A DNA stretch of 64,000 nt from the human T2T-CHM13v2.0 reference genome, Homo sapiens, in assembly GCF_009914755.1 (NCBI RefSeq), contig NC_060947.1. One strand, 5' to 3'. The notes beneath the pieces were generated by a model. It saw only the letters and a program-made list of their open reading frames with translations, did not search any database and had not been told where the DNA came from. Within the stretch, counting starts at the first letter, position 1. Each line of letters begins with the position of its first letter. The translations under genes and the position numbers were made by a program. Shown here piece after piece: positions 25,053 through 35,042 of the stretch.

Positions 25053-25290
25053 TTTTTTTTTTTTTTGATAAGTTTTCCCTCTGTTGCCTCTGCTGGAGTG
25101 TAGTGGTGTGATCATGGCTCACCGAAGCGTCAACTTTCCAGGCTCAAGTGATCTTCCCGCCTTGGCCTCCCAAACAAAATGTTGAGTTTACAGGCATGAG
25201 TTACCATGCCCCCCTGAGATTCTGCATTTCTAATAGACTCCCTGGTGATGCCAATGAGGTTATTCCATGGGCCACCCTCAGAGTAGCAAT
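24904..25290. mobile_element. MER5A-type MITE split by an Alu monomer
   Basis: cagtgtttctt...atctcctggagatctggttaaaa...tgagaatctgcatttc | taatagactccctggtgatgcc. Confidence 0.75.
25009..25214 (-). mobile_element. Single-monomer Alu (left-arm/right-arm hybrid or FRAM-like) with a (TTTC)n/T tail
   Basis: About 150 nt of Alu body; 16-bp TSD tgagaatctgcatttc / tgagattctgcatttc. Confidence 0.9.
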
Positions 25291-26089
25291 TCTTGGACTG
25301 AATTACCCCACCATAAATTTGTCAGTCAGTAAACAAGTATTTTGGAACTGCAAGAAAAATTCTCTAAGTGGAGTGGGCCTGCAGAGTTCTATGGATTGGC
25401 AGCCCCATCATCTTGACCCCTTGACCATGGCAACTCCCCGTGAGGGATTCAGAAAGTCTGCAGTGGGGCCCAACCTGCCCTGTGGGAGTCACTCTGATCC
25501 ACAGAACAGAACAGAGCACCTAGCAGAATAAGCATAAACAAAGGCTTGCAGCAAATGGAAGAAGGTATGAATGGTCTCTTCAAAAGCAAGTTTATGATAC
25601 AAGTCCCAGGAGAAGTGCAGCCCTTTCCAGTGGGTGGCAGTGGAGCCAAGCTGAGGCTCTTATAGAGAGCAACATAGTTCTGATGAAGTGTCAGGGTACA
25701 GGCTGCGTGGGTCCAGCTGCCTCCTCCAGGTGAGGACCCCTTTCTTAGAAATAAAATTCCAAGGAGGATTCCCATTTCATGCTGGCTGTGGCATGCTTTG
25801 AGTTTGTTGCTTCCACTGTAAGTGGAGAACCAAAATGTCTCTCACTTGGAGGACCCTGCTTCCATCAGAACTTCCCAAACCTTGCTCTACCATTTCCCCC
25901 TCAAGGTAGCTCCTTTCCCCTCTGCCTGTGTGTTGTGATTGTGCTTTCCATGCATTGAATTAGAGGCTATCCTGTTATTTATATCTTCCTTGTTTACATC
26001 CAAATCGAGGCCAACTAGTGTGAATGCACAGAAGGCAACTGAGCTTTACTGAGCATGCAACCCCAGAGAAAAGCTCTAGAAGACAAATG

Positions 26090-27005
26090 AGAAAGGCCCT
26101 GGAGTTGGTCAGCCCTGAGTTTGTATCCTCGCTTTACCACTTAATAAGTGTGTGAACTCGGGCAAGTTACTTAACATCTCTGAGCTTTGGGTTCCTCATC
26201 TATAAAATAGGGTCAATAATTGTACTGACTTCATAGAGTTGTGAGTATTAAATCAAATAGCAAGTACAGCAAGTGCTCAAGAAATGGAAGATAGTCATGG
26301 ACTTGATGGGCATTTATTAAGTTTCTTCTATGTGTAGACAAAGAGTAGTTCAAATCCAGTCTAGTCCTACTTGCTAGTTGTGCAATCTTGGATGAGTTGC
26401 TTTGTTTTACCTCTCTGAGCCTCAGTTCCGTTACTCTTAAGTGACACTGGTGCTGGTATATAAATCACAGAATTGCTGTAAGGAATAAGTGAAGTCAGAC
26501 ATGTTAAACACATGTCAGGCACATATAAATGTGCTCAGCCAACATGAAATATCATAATTGTTGTGATTATCATGTCAGCTCTTCTCTGAGCACCTTTGTA
26601 TTATGAGATTTACTTAGCAGCCAAGCACACTTTGCAGCCTCCTCCAGTAGACCCTCTCCAATCTTCACTGTCATTTCCCTGAGGGCGGAGGCCCTATCCT
26701 TTATACCATTTCTGGTGTCTCCATGACACCTGGCAGTGAGTAGGTGTTCAGTGCATGAAGCAGAGAGCACTATGCTGCAAGCACAGCCATCAGAAGCATC
26801 ACTGCCTGGGTTCAAGTTTTAGCATGTCCACTTTACTTGCTGGGTGACTTTCTAGCAACTCCTGGATCTTCTCTGAGTCTCCATTCTCTCACATGTAGTA
26901 AGGGTGTGATAATAATTCCTACCTCTGGGGATTGCTGCAAGGATTAAAGCTGGGTACATAGTGAGAGCTTAATAAGGGTTGAGTGTTTTAATTGCTGTTA
27001 TTATT
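26090..27005 (+). mobile_element. Cluster of three MIRs (about 26090-26295, 26345-26570, 26760-27005) with L2 end fragments
   Basis: Three MIR cores (ggcaagttacttaacatctctgagc; acctctctgagcctcagtt; tcttctctgagtctccattctctcac). Confidence 0.8.
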
Positions 27006-27222
27006 TGAGAAAAGTCTTACAGTCAAGGATCACAGGAGCTACTCTGAGAAATCATGCACACACATGCATAGATACACACGAGTGGGCAGCACTGAGAGGA
27101 CAGGTTACAGGAAAGACACAAATAGGCATTTATTGCCCATGAAAGGCTCTTTGAACCCCAAGCCAGAGCCAGTGTCTGCCTAAAATTTTCTCTGTAACCA
27201 TGGTACTGAGAGCCCCTGAGGG

Positions 27223-27335
27223 TTTTTTTTTAATATTGAAGTAAAATTCATATAACAGAAAATTTATCATTTTAACATGAAGAATTCAGTGACATTTGGT
27301 ACATTCACAGTGTTACAGAACCACAGCTCTTCTGA
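27223..27335 (-). mobile_element. L1MB-type extreme 3' end
   Basis: ttttaatattgaagtaaaattcatataacag...aattcagtgacatttggtacattcacagtgtt. Confidence 0.75.
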
Positions 27336-27934
27336 ATTGATTACCCCTTTAAGCTGGCTGTATCCAGAGGAAGGCAGGGCTCATTGTCTTCTGTAACCCT
27401 TCTTGTCACTATTCCATACCTCTTCACATCCCCACTTTGTTTCTCCTTCCTCATTTTTTCAATTGTACTCTCTCTCTCCACTCTCCTGCTCTTTGGGGGC
27501 AAAGGGATATGTGTCTCTGATATACATGTACTTTTAGGAAGAGTGAGGATATTTACCCACTGGAAAGATTCCAGGTCTAAAAGATGGCACTGGAAGAGTG
27601 CAGAATGGGACTGGTGAAGCCACTTCTTGCCAGGACAGGCTTGGCACACCTGAAAGCAGGCACAGCACAATGTCAGCTGCCCATTGACCTTAGTCTTCTG
27701 GTGGCCCCAGGGTCAACAGACAACCTGAAAAGGCTTATTATCAATTATGACGTCTGAGAATCACAGTCCTGTTTGTTATCATGTCTTCTATCTTTGGCCT
27801 CCCCGTTATTATGAGTAAATTTGCTTCATATTAAAGCATCTATTGCAGAATAACCTTCATAGGCTCCACAACCTCACAGAATCTGCTTTATATTTGTACC
27901 TATCGGCAAGAGCCACATCTTAAATATATTAAAC

Positions 27935-28150
27935 AATAAGAATAATACTGCATATGTACTGAATTATTCCTGCATGCCAAGCACTGCGCTAAATGTGTTT
28001 CATGAGTTATCTCATAAATGAATCCTTACAATGACTCTAGGGGCCAGGCATTGTTAATATCTACTTTTAATAGATCAGGAAACTAAGGCACAGAGCCAAT
28101 GGCTGATTTGTCCAAGAGCAAGTGACAAAACCCATGCTTTACACGGCTGA
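27935..28150 (-). mobile_element. MIR SINE
   Basis: atgccaagcactgcgctaaatg...aatccttacaatgactc...agatcaggaaactaaggcacagag. Confidence 0.8.
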
Positions 28151-28269
28151 GTAATATTGTGGCCCCATAATCCCACCATGGATAATTAACAGAAAAAAAA
28201 ATATTCATTTGCAACCACAGACAGTAGCTTCCTTCATCCACTGCTAGACTTTAGTCTTGGTTCATGAAC

Positions 28270-28440
28270 TTCCTAGTTTTTGACGTTAGGCTGTTCACCT
28301 AACCCATCTGAAACTGTTTCTTCCTCTATATAATTGTGGAAATTGTCCTGCCTTACCTCGCTCAGATTTATGAGTATAAAATATAAAAACATGCAGGGAA
28401 TGTTTTTGCAAAATGTAAAGTGCTATGCCAATGTCAGGAA
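28270..28440 (+). mobile_element. MIR fragment
   Basis: tgacgttaggctgttcacctaacccatctgaaactgtttcttcctctat. Confidence 0.55.
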
Positions 28441-28627
28441 CTGACATCATGAATAATGGCTTCTTGGGATTATGTGAGAACCACCCAGTTTCATGCTGGG
28501 GAATTAGAGCTCCCTAGGAGCTCTGTGATAACCCCGGGAAGCTGCAAGTTCTTCTAGCCAAATCAAATCCTTGACAAGCCACGCCCATTTCTACTCTTCA
28601 TGGTTGTGTGAACTCTTAAGTGCTAGC

Positions 28628-29049
28628 TGATATGGTTTGGATCTGTATTCCCTTCAAATCTCATGTAGAAATGTAATTCTCAGTGTTGGAGGTGGGGTCT
28701 TATGGGAGGTGATTGGATCACTGGGGCAGATTCCTCATGAATGGCTAAGTGCCATCCCCTTGGTGATGAGTGAGTTCTCATTCTGAGTTCACATAAGATC
28801 TGGTTGTTTAAAAGTGTGCAGCACCTTTCCCCTGACTCTCTTGCTCCCTCTCTCACCATGTGATATGCTGGTTCCCCCTTCACCTTCTACCATGATTGTA
28901 AGTTTCCTGAAGCCCTCACCAGAATCCAAGCAGATGTTGGTGCCATGCTTGTACAGCCTGCGGAACTGTGAGACAATTAAACCTCTTTTCTTTATAAATG
29001 ACCAAGCCTTAGGCATTTCTTTACAGCAATACAAAAATGGTCTAGCGCA
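28628..29049 (+). mobile_element. MSTA/MSTB MaLR solo LTR
   Basis: tgatatggtttggatctgt...aaatctcatg...ccatgattgtaagtttcctga...aattaaacctcttttctttataaat; perfect 5-bp TSD ctagc. Confidence 0.95.
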
Positions 29050-29759
29050 CTAGCCAACTTCTCTGAACTCCTAATCTGTGTCTTTAAAATGTACTTGGAA
29101 CAGCACTGGAAAAATCCTCCACTTTTGGTATATCCGGGGCTGAATAAACCCAGTGAAAGCCTTATAAGATGTCTTCTGCCTGTTCTAGTTTTGAAAAATC
29201 ACAGCCTACCTATCACAGAGGTTGAGATGCAGATTAACTTGAGGTGATAAATTTGAAAGTGCTTTGCACAGTGCTTGCCTCATAGTGGGTGCTCAAAAGA
29301 TGGTGCCTCTTTTGTGATTCAGATTGTTATTCTTGGGGCTGGGGGTGGTTAGGTAGGATGCCAAAGAAGAGAGAGGCTGCAGCAAGGGGAAGGCAGTTTG
29401 GGCAGTTGGGACTCCTAGACCACATGGCTTGCCAATTTCCTGATTCCTCGAAATGAAGGCATGATTTTGAAACACAGCTGCCTCTTACTCACACAAAAGC
29501 AGTTTATGCACAAGGCTGTGTCTGACTTCCCATGTAGGTTATTTGTGTTTCCCAGAAATGTTGGGAAGGTGTAGGAAGATGAAGCCTAATTAAGGGTCTT
29601 CCTGTTCCACCACACTTCATCTCCCTGGCATGCAAGTGGTTTAGCAGCAAAGCAGGCAGACAAAAAGTCTCTCAGCAAGAAATAACTTTTATTATCCCTC
29701 AATGTAGACATGCAGGACAGTGGACCAGAAAGGCTAGGAAGCAGTGGAGGGTAGCAGTC

Positions 29760-30220
29760 TTTTAAATACTACATATCATTCTTTTAAAGAATTATTAAGT
29801 GTTTTCAGAAATTGTAAATTTTCCACGTATTCATTGCCCTCAGTGAAACAATGCACAGGAATGTTCTCCTCCGTTCTTCTGCTTCTGCAGTGTAAGCAGT
29901 ATTAACAGCCTGGGTTCAAATCCTCCCACAACCTTCTTTGTGCACATGCAACCTTCTTTGTATTCAGGCATGTAAGACATCCATAGGGGATTTTGCTGTT
30001 TGTACTAGAATGGGATTGTGAGATATATGTTTCTCTACAGCTTGGCTTTTGCACTTAACAGTGCATCACAGACCTCCTAGCACATCAGTAGTTATAGATC
30101 TGGTACATTCTTTCAAACCACTACATGATACTTCATAATATGAACAATATGAATATGCCAGGATTTATTAAACTGTACATCTATCGATAAGCACTTGGGT
30201 TGTTTAGAACATTGTAGTCA
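29760..30220 (-). mobile_element. L1ME-type 3' fragment
   Basis: cagcttggcttttgcacttaaca...atagatctggtacattctttc...tatcgataagcacttgggttgtt. Confidence 0.6.
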
Positions 30221-30981
30221 TTCTCAGAGACTTTTTGTCTGCCTGCTTTGCTGCTAAACCACTTGCATATCAGGGAGATGAAGTGTGGTGGAACAGGAAG
30301 ACCCTTAACTAATTATAATATGGTAAACATATTTACCAGTGTTGGTAAATATGGTGGGAAAGATTGCTGGGTCAAAGGGTTTTAATTTACTTATGGAAAA
30401 ATTGCTTGGCTGATATTCATAAATTGCATTCTGATTCCCTCATCCTATTATCAAAAAGTTTATTGTTGATCAGTTAAGCAGATTTCATTTGCCTTCCCAA
30501 TAATCAACGTATGACCCATAGTAAAGGACGGTTGTAAAGAGTGGGCATCCAAGGATATGATCTTCTCTTCATTGGGATCCCAGAAATGGTGGGTTGTAAT
30601 TTATCTAACTGGACTAATTTCTCCAGATGCCTTCTTTCACTGACACAATCCAATTATTCTCCTGCCTTTTCTAGCCACGATCACCTTAGGCTCAACCTTG
30701 AGAAACAAAAAGAAAACAAATTTTGTTGGCAGCAGACATGTTTTGGTTCTCCCTCAGATAAAGTTTCCTTTGCAGGACAATAAAAGGGGAATTGGAAAGG
30801 CTGGAAAAGTAAGGTGAGCACAAGTTAACAGAAGATGAGGAACATCAATCTGCTTTACTAAAGGAATTACTTTTGCAAAAGTATTGCTGAATAGTGCTTT
30901 TAAGTATCAAGGACATGGTGGGTACATGGGGGTTCACTGTAAAATTATTTCACATTTGTTTTACAAACTCTTAAGGTGTTA

Positions 30982-31273
30982 TTTTTTTATTTGCATTTTT
31001 TTGAGACAGGGTCTTTCACTCTGTCACCCAGGCGGGAGTGTGGTGGTACAATAATGGCTCACTGCAGCCTTGACTTTCCTGGCTCAAGCAATTTTTCCTA
31101 CCTCAGCCTACTGAGTAGCTGAAATCACAGCCATGTGTCACAGCACCCGGCTTATTTTTTAATTTTTTAAAAAGATGTGGTCTCGCTATGTTTCCCAGGT
31201 TGGGCCGAAGCAAGCCTCCCACCTCAGCTTCCCAAAGTCTTGGGATTACAGGCGTGAGCCACTGTGCCTGGCC
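30982..31273 (-). mobile_element. AluJ-type SINE
   Basis: Antisense dimer; 13-bp TSD ctcttaaggtgtt / ctgttaagatgtt. Confidence 0.95.
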
Positions 31274-31379
31274 CTGTTAAGATGTTCATATGTGGTTTGA
31301 TTTATAAAAATTCTGCTCACATGCCACTTTCCAGGCATAAAATATCTGTATCAAGATACTTTGCTGTGTGTGATACTTT

Positions 31380-31570
31380 ATGCTTTTTAAAGCAATTTCA
31401 TTTCACAATCCAATTCTACCCTCACAGCATCATAGTATGACAGGAATCACTCTTCTCATTTGACAACAGAGATAATTAGGCCTGGAGAGGTAAATGACTT
31501 GTCAAAAGTCACATACATAATTAGCAGCAGAGCTAAGCCTTAAATTAGGGATTCCCCATCCAGCATTTGT
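31380..31570 (-). mobile_element. MIR SINE
   Basis: ctcatttgacaacagag...ggagaggtaaatgacttgtcaaaagtcacat...gcagagcta. Confidence 0.7.
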
Positions 31571-32031
31571 CTCACTTGGGGAAGATGGGTAGAACATGAG
31601 ACCCTAATTCCATCTCTCATTAGGTCTCTGCTTGAGTCTTATTTGGCCTAACTCAATTTCTGTTTTACTTCAGGCATGTAGATCCATGCTTCTTTCCATG
31701 GCTAATATAACACTGATTGAGCACCAGTAATGCACTAGGTGCTCTAGAGACTATTGAATTAAATCTGGTTGCTGCCCTGTAGCTCCTATTCTGAATTTGT
31801 TGGAGCCCAATCTAAAATAGTTATTGCTCTGCACAGATAGTACAGGCGTATAAGAACATTTCTCCAATCTAAGCTTGTATCTCACCATTTTTCTTTAGGA
31901 CCCCCAACAGAATTTCTTCTTATCAGGCAGGAATATCCCACAACTGGTCTCTGAGTAGTCTTAAAAAACAGCCCTTTATTTTGCCTGACTCACTCTTGAA
32001 GATGAATGCATCAGCTTGTTTTCTCTTCCAG

Positions 32032-32104
32032 AATAACATACAGAGGACAGCTTTCTCTTCTGAGGAGTCAGAAGTTCAGTTCGCCCAACATGGAATGACT
32101 TGAG
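32032..32104 (+). other. DAB1: 73-nt non-coding internal exon, probably a DAB1 5'UTR exon
   Basis: Seen: branch-like cctgactcac (31984-31993), polypyrimidine tract cttgttttctcttccAG, donor GAG|GTacac, non-repeat sequence. The gene name rests on my recollection of the DAB1 long 5'UTR and is unverified. Confidence 0.6.
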
Positions 32105-32239
32105 GTACACTTGAATGGTCTCTGTGTCCCTAAATATCTTCCTCATCAGCAGAAATGTCCTCTTTGAAGATGTGATTCCTTGACTACTTCCTGCCTCTTC
32201 ATGTTGTGTCAGTTACGTGATCCATTAACCAGGCTGTAT

Positions 32240-33040
32240 GTATATCCTTTGAAATGTTTCAAACATCTTTCCCTTTGCTAACCACTCCCACTTGCCACTG
32301 GCTTTGTTATCTTAAACAGCAAAGTCCCAGCAGATCTCCCTACTTAGCATCTTTTCCTCCAGTCTACACTATATGCTACTGGCAAAATTATATTTCTAAA
32401 ACAAAGCTCTGATTATATTATTCCCCTAGTCAAAAACCATAGTCGGCTTTCCACTGCCTGTTGCAGTGGTGTTCAAAGTCCATTTGTTCATTTGTCTGTT
32501 TGTTCTTTGGTTTCAAATCAGCAGCACCTTTTTTTTCAAGTAAAAAAAATTAGGTAGTTAAGATCCCAAAATGTAAAGCAGATAAAAGTAGACATGCCTT
32601 AAAAAATATGTAGACACACTGTAGTTGAAGTGAGAAGTTGGGGGTGAGAAAGTAGGGAAGCTCTGGGCCCCTTGCTCCTGGCAGAACCCTTGGTCCTCAG
32701 GGAACACAGTGTGAAGACCACTGGCCTGCTCATAAGTTTAAAATGCCTTTGCTTGCCATTCAAGACTGCACTAACCTGGCCCTAAACTGCCTCTCCCATG
32801 AGACTTCCAATTGTCCTTAAAGGAACCCTTTGCTTCAGCCGTTCGTTCTGCTCTCTGTCTTCCCCACACAACTGGGACATTCTTTACCTTTGCACTGCTA
32901 AGCCCCCAAGCCTGAAATGTCCACTACTGTTCTTGGTTCCTGTCTGACTTGCATTCACCCTTTGAAAACCAGCTCTAGTTCTACTTACTTTAAGAAATAT
33001 TTGCCGGCTTCCTTGTTCCGCAGGGACTCACTTACTGGAG
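32240..33040 (+). mobile_element. L2 remnant split by a MITE
   Basis: atatttctaaaacaaagctctgattatattattccc...; ttgccattcaagactgcactaacctggccc. Confidence 0.65.
32464..32723. mobile_element. MER102-like hAT-Charlie MITE
   Basis: TIRs cagtggtgttcaaa / gtgaagaccactg; 8-bp TSD gcctgttg/gcctgctc; cagataaaag core. Confidence 0.75.
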
Positions 33041-33139
33041 CTGTAATGACTTTATCTTCCAAAAGAACAAAAGAGAAGCAGCCCAGGAAATAAATTCCTA
33101 TCAACTCTGTTTTTATGTGCTCCTTCTGGCTAGAGAAGC

Positions 33140-33262
33140 CTTATGATGTTACCACTCTCTGAAGTCCCTCTTCTGTAAAATTGGGACAATAATAGTAGTC
33201 ATCTCAGGGATTATGCAAGGATTAAGTTATATCAAGCTCCTAGCCCAGGGTTTAGCACTAGT
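33140..33262 (+). mobile_element. MIR fragment
   Basis: ctgtaaaattgggacaataatagtagtcatctcagggattatgcaaggattaa. Confidence 0.75.
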
Positions 33263-33265
33263 AAA

Positions 33266-33398
33266 TAGTATAACTTACTAGTTATACTAGCAAGTGTAAC
33301 TGGTAAGTAGTATAACTAGCAAGTTATACTACTAACTAGTATAGTAAGTAGTATAGTAAGTAGTATAACTCGCGAGTTATACTACTAACTAGTATAGT
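33266..33398. repeat. Array of three TAGTATAACT-N4-AGTTATACTA palindromes
   Basis: Hairpins at 33266-33289, 33306-33333 and 33359-33386 (perfect 28-bp palindrome); a 40-nt unit is directly repeated. Confidence 0.95.
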
Positions 33399-33412
33399 GA
33401 CTGGCTTCTTTT

Positions 33413-34200
33413 TTGTGACTGGCTTCTTTCATTTATCATAATGTCCTCCAGGTTGATCCATGTTGTAGCATGTGACAGGATTTCTTCCTTTTCTATGACT
33501 GAATAATATTCCACTGTATGGATATATCATACTTTGGTTATCCATCCATCTGTTGATGGACACTTGGGTTGCTTCCACCTTTTGACTATTGTGAATATGC
33601 TGCTATAAACATTGGTGTACAAGTATCTCTTTGAGATACTGTTTTTGACTCTTTTGAATATATACCCAGATGTAAAATTGCTGTATCATATTGTAGTTAT
33701 TGTTTTGTTTGCTTGATGAATCTCCATCCAGTTTCTCATAGTGGCTGCACCATTTTACATCCCTACCAGCAATGCACAAGGGTTCCAATTTCTCACATCC
33801 TTGCAAACCCTTGTTATTCTCTGTTTTCTTGTTGATAATGGCCATCCTATTGGGTGTAAGGTGATATCTCATTGTGGTTATGATGTGTATTTCCCTAATG
33901 ATTATTGATGTAGAGCATCTTCTTTGTGCTTATTAGTCATTTGTATATCTCTTTGGAGAAATGCCCATTCAAATCCTTCCACCATTTTTAAATCAGGTTA
34001 TTTGTTGTTGTTGTTGTTGCTGTTGCTGTTGATTTGTAGAAGTTCTTTATATATTCTGGATATTAATCCCTTAACAGATATGTGGTTTGCAAATATATTC
34101 TCTCATTCAATGGGTTGCTCTTTCACTCTTGATTGTTTCCTTTGCCACACAGAAGTTTTTAAGTTCAATGTAGTCATATTTGTCTATTTTTGCTCTTTAG
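33413..34200 (-). mobile_element. L1MB/L1MA9-10-type fragment (ORF2 3' end; 3'UTR missing)
   Basis: ORF 33603-33872 MRYHLTPNRMAII...KLEPLCIAGRDVKWC is the L1 ORF2 C-terminus. Confidence 0.9.
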
Positions 34201-34204
34201 TGTT

Positions 34205-34350
34205 ATTTTAATGTGTCTATATCCTGTCTTCTCACTGAAACTCAAAGCTTTCCAAAGGTACAGTGCATGATTCCTCTTGTGTTGTCTGTTGTGTCATGCT
34301 CTGTGCCACGCACATAGTAGGTGCTCACGAATATGTACCAACCAATTAAT
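34205..34350 (+). mobile_element. L2 3' end
   Basis: gcacatagtaggtgctca terminal motif. Confidence 0.6.
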
Positions 34351-34919
34351 TGAATCTCCATATGCACATTAACCTATTATCAGCCATGAGTGCCTTAGCA
34401 AAATTATTTTTTTAGTTAACTGGAAGCTTAGAGGATAGCATCTATGATTGGGCCAAAGGAGAGACATAGGTTGGAGGAGTGAATAGAAAACATGGGGCCT
34501 TCTCAGGAAGAGGAGACTCTATGGCAGCAGGTGGGGACATTGTGCCTGACATACGGAAAGGTCCCCATAAATGTTAGCTGGTATCATTATTTGTGCACTA
34601 GCTGTCTGAGACAGGGAGAGGCAATGCTGGGATAACTGAATGGAAATATGAGAAATTCAAAAGAGAAACTTTTTGTCAGCTTGCCTTCTTAAAAGTATGT
34701 GTGTGTGTATGTGTGTGTACATATATATGTGCACACGTGCTCAAGTGCCAAGATCCAAATTTGTTTTGCGACCAGGAAGATAATTCACTGTTTGCGTTAT
34801 TTCCAAGAGTAACCATTAATGCAGGTAGAGAGGAGGACCACAAATGTGATTACTATTCAGTAGACTCTTTTTGGATGATGTCCATGCATTACTTATCTCA
34901 CATATACTACATCAGTGCT

Positions 34920-35042
34920 AAAGAAGAAAGGAAGGAAAGAAGGAAGGAAGGAAGGAAGGGAGAGAGGGAGGGAGGGAGGGAGGGGAGAAGAAGAGAGGAG
35001 AAGAGAGGAGAGGAGAGGAGAGGAGGCAAAAGAAGAAAGGAA
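34920..35042. repeat. Polypurine (GGAA)n/(GGGA)n/(GGAGA)n tract
   Basis: About 120 nt of purines only. Confidence 0.95.

Noticed and set aside
33266-33398. CRISPR-like or recombinase-site (lox/FRT-like) array
   Set aside because: Eukaryotic context, no unique spacers, 4-nt rather than 8-nt cores and no associated gene; replication slippage or repair is more parsimonious.
33413-34200. Twin-priming inversion belonging to the large L1MB
   Set aside because: It duplicates the ORF2 3' region that is also present at about 37400-38500, so it is a separate insertion.
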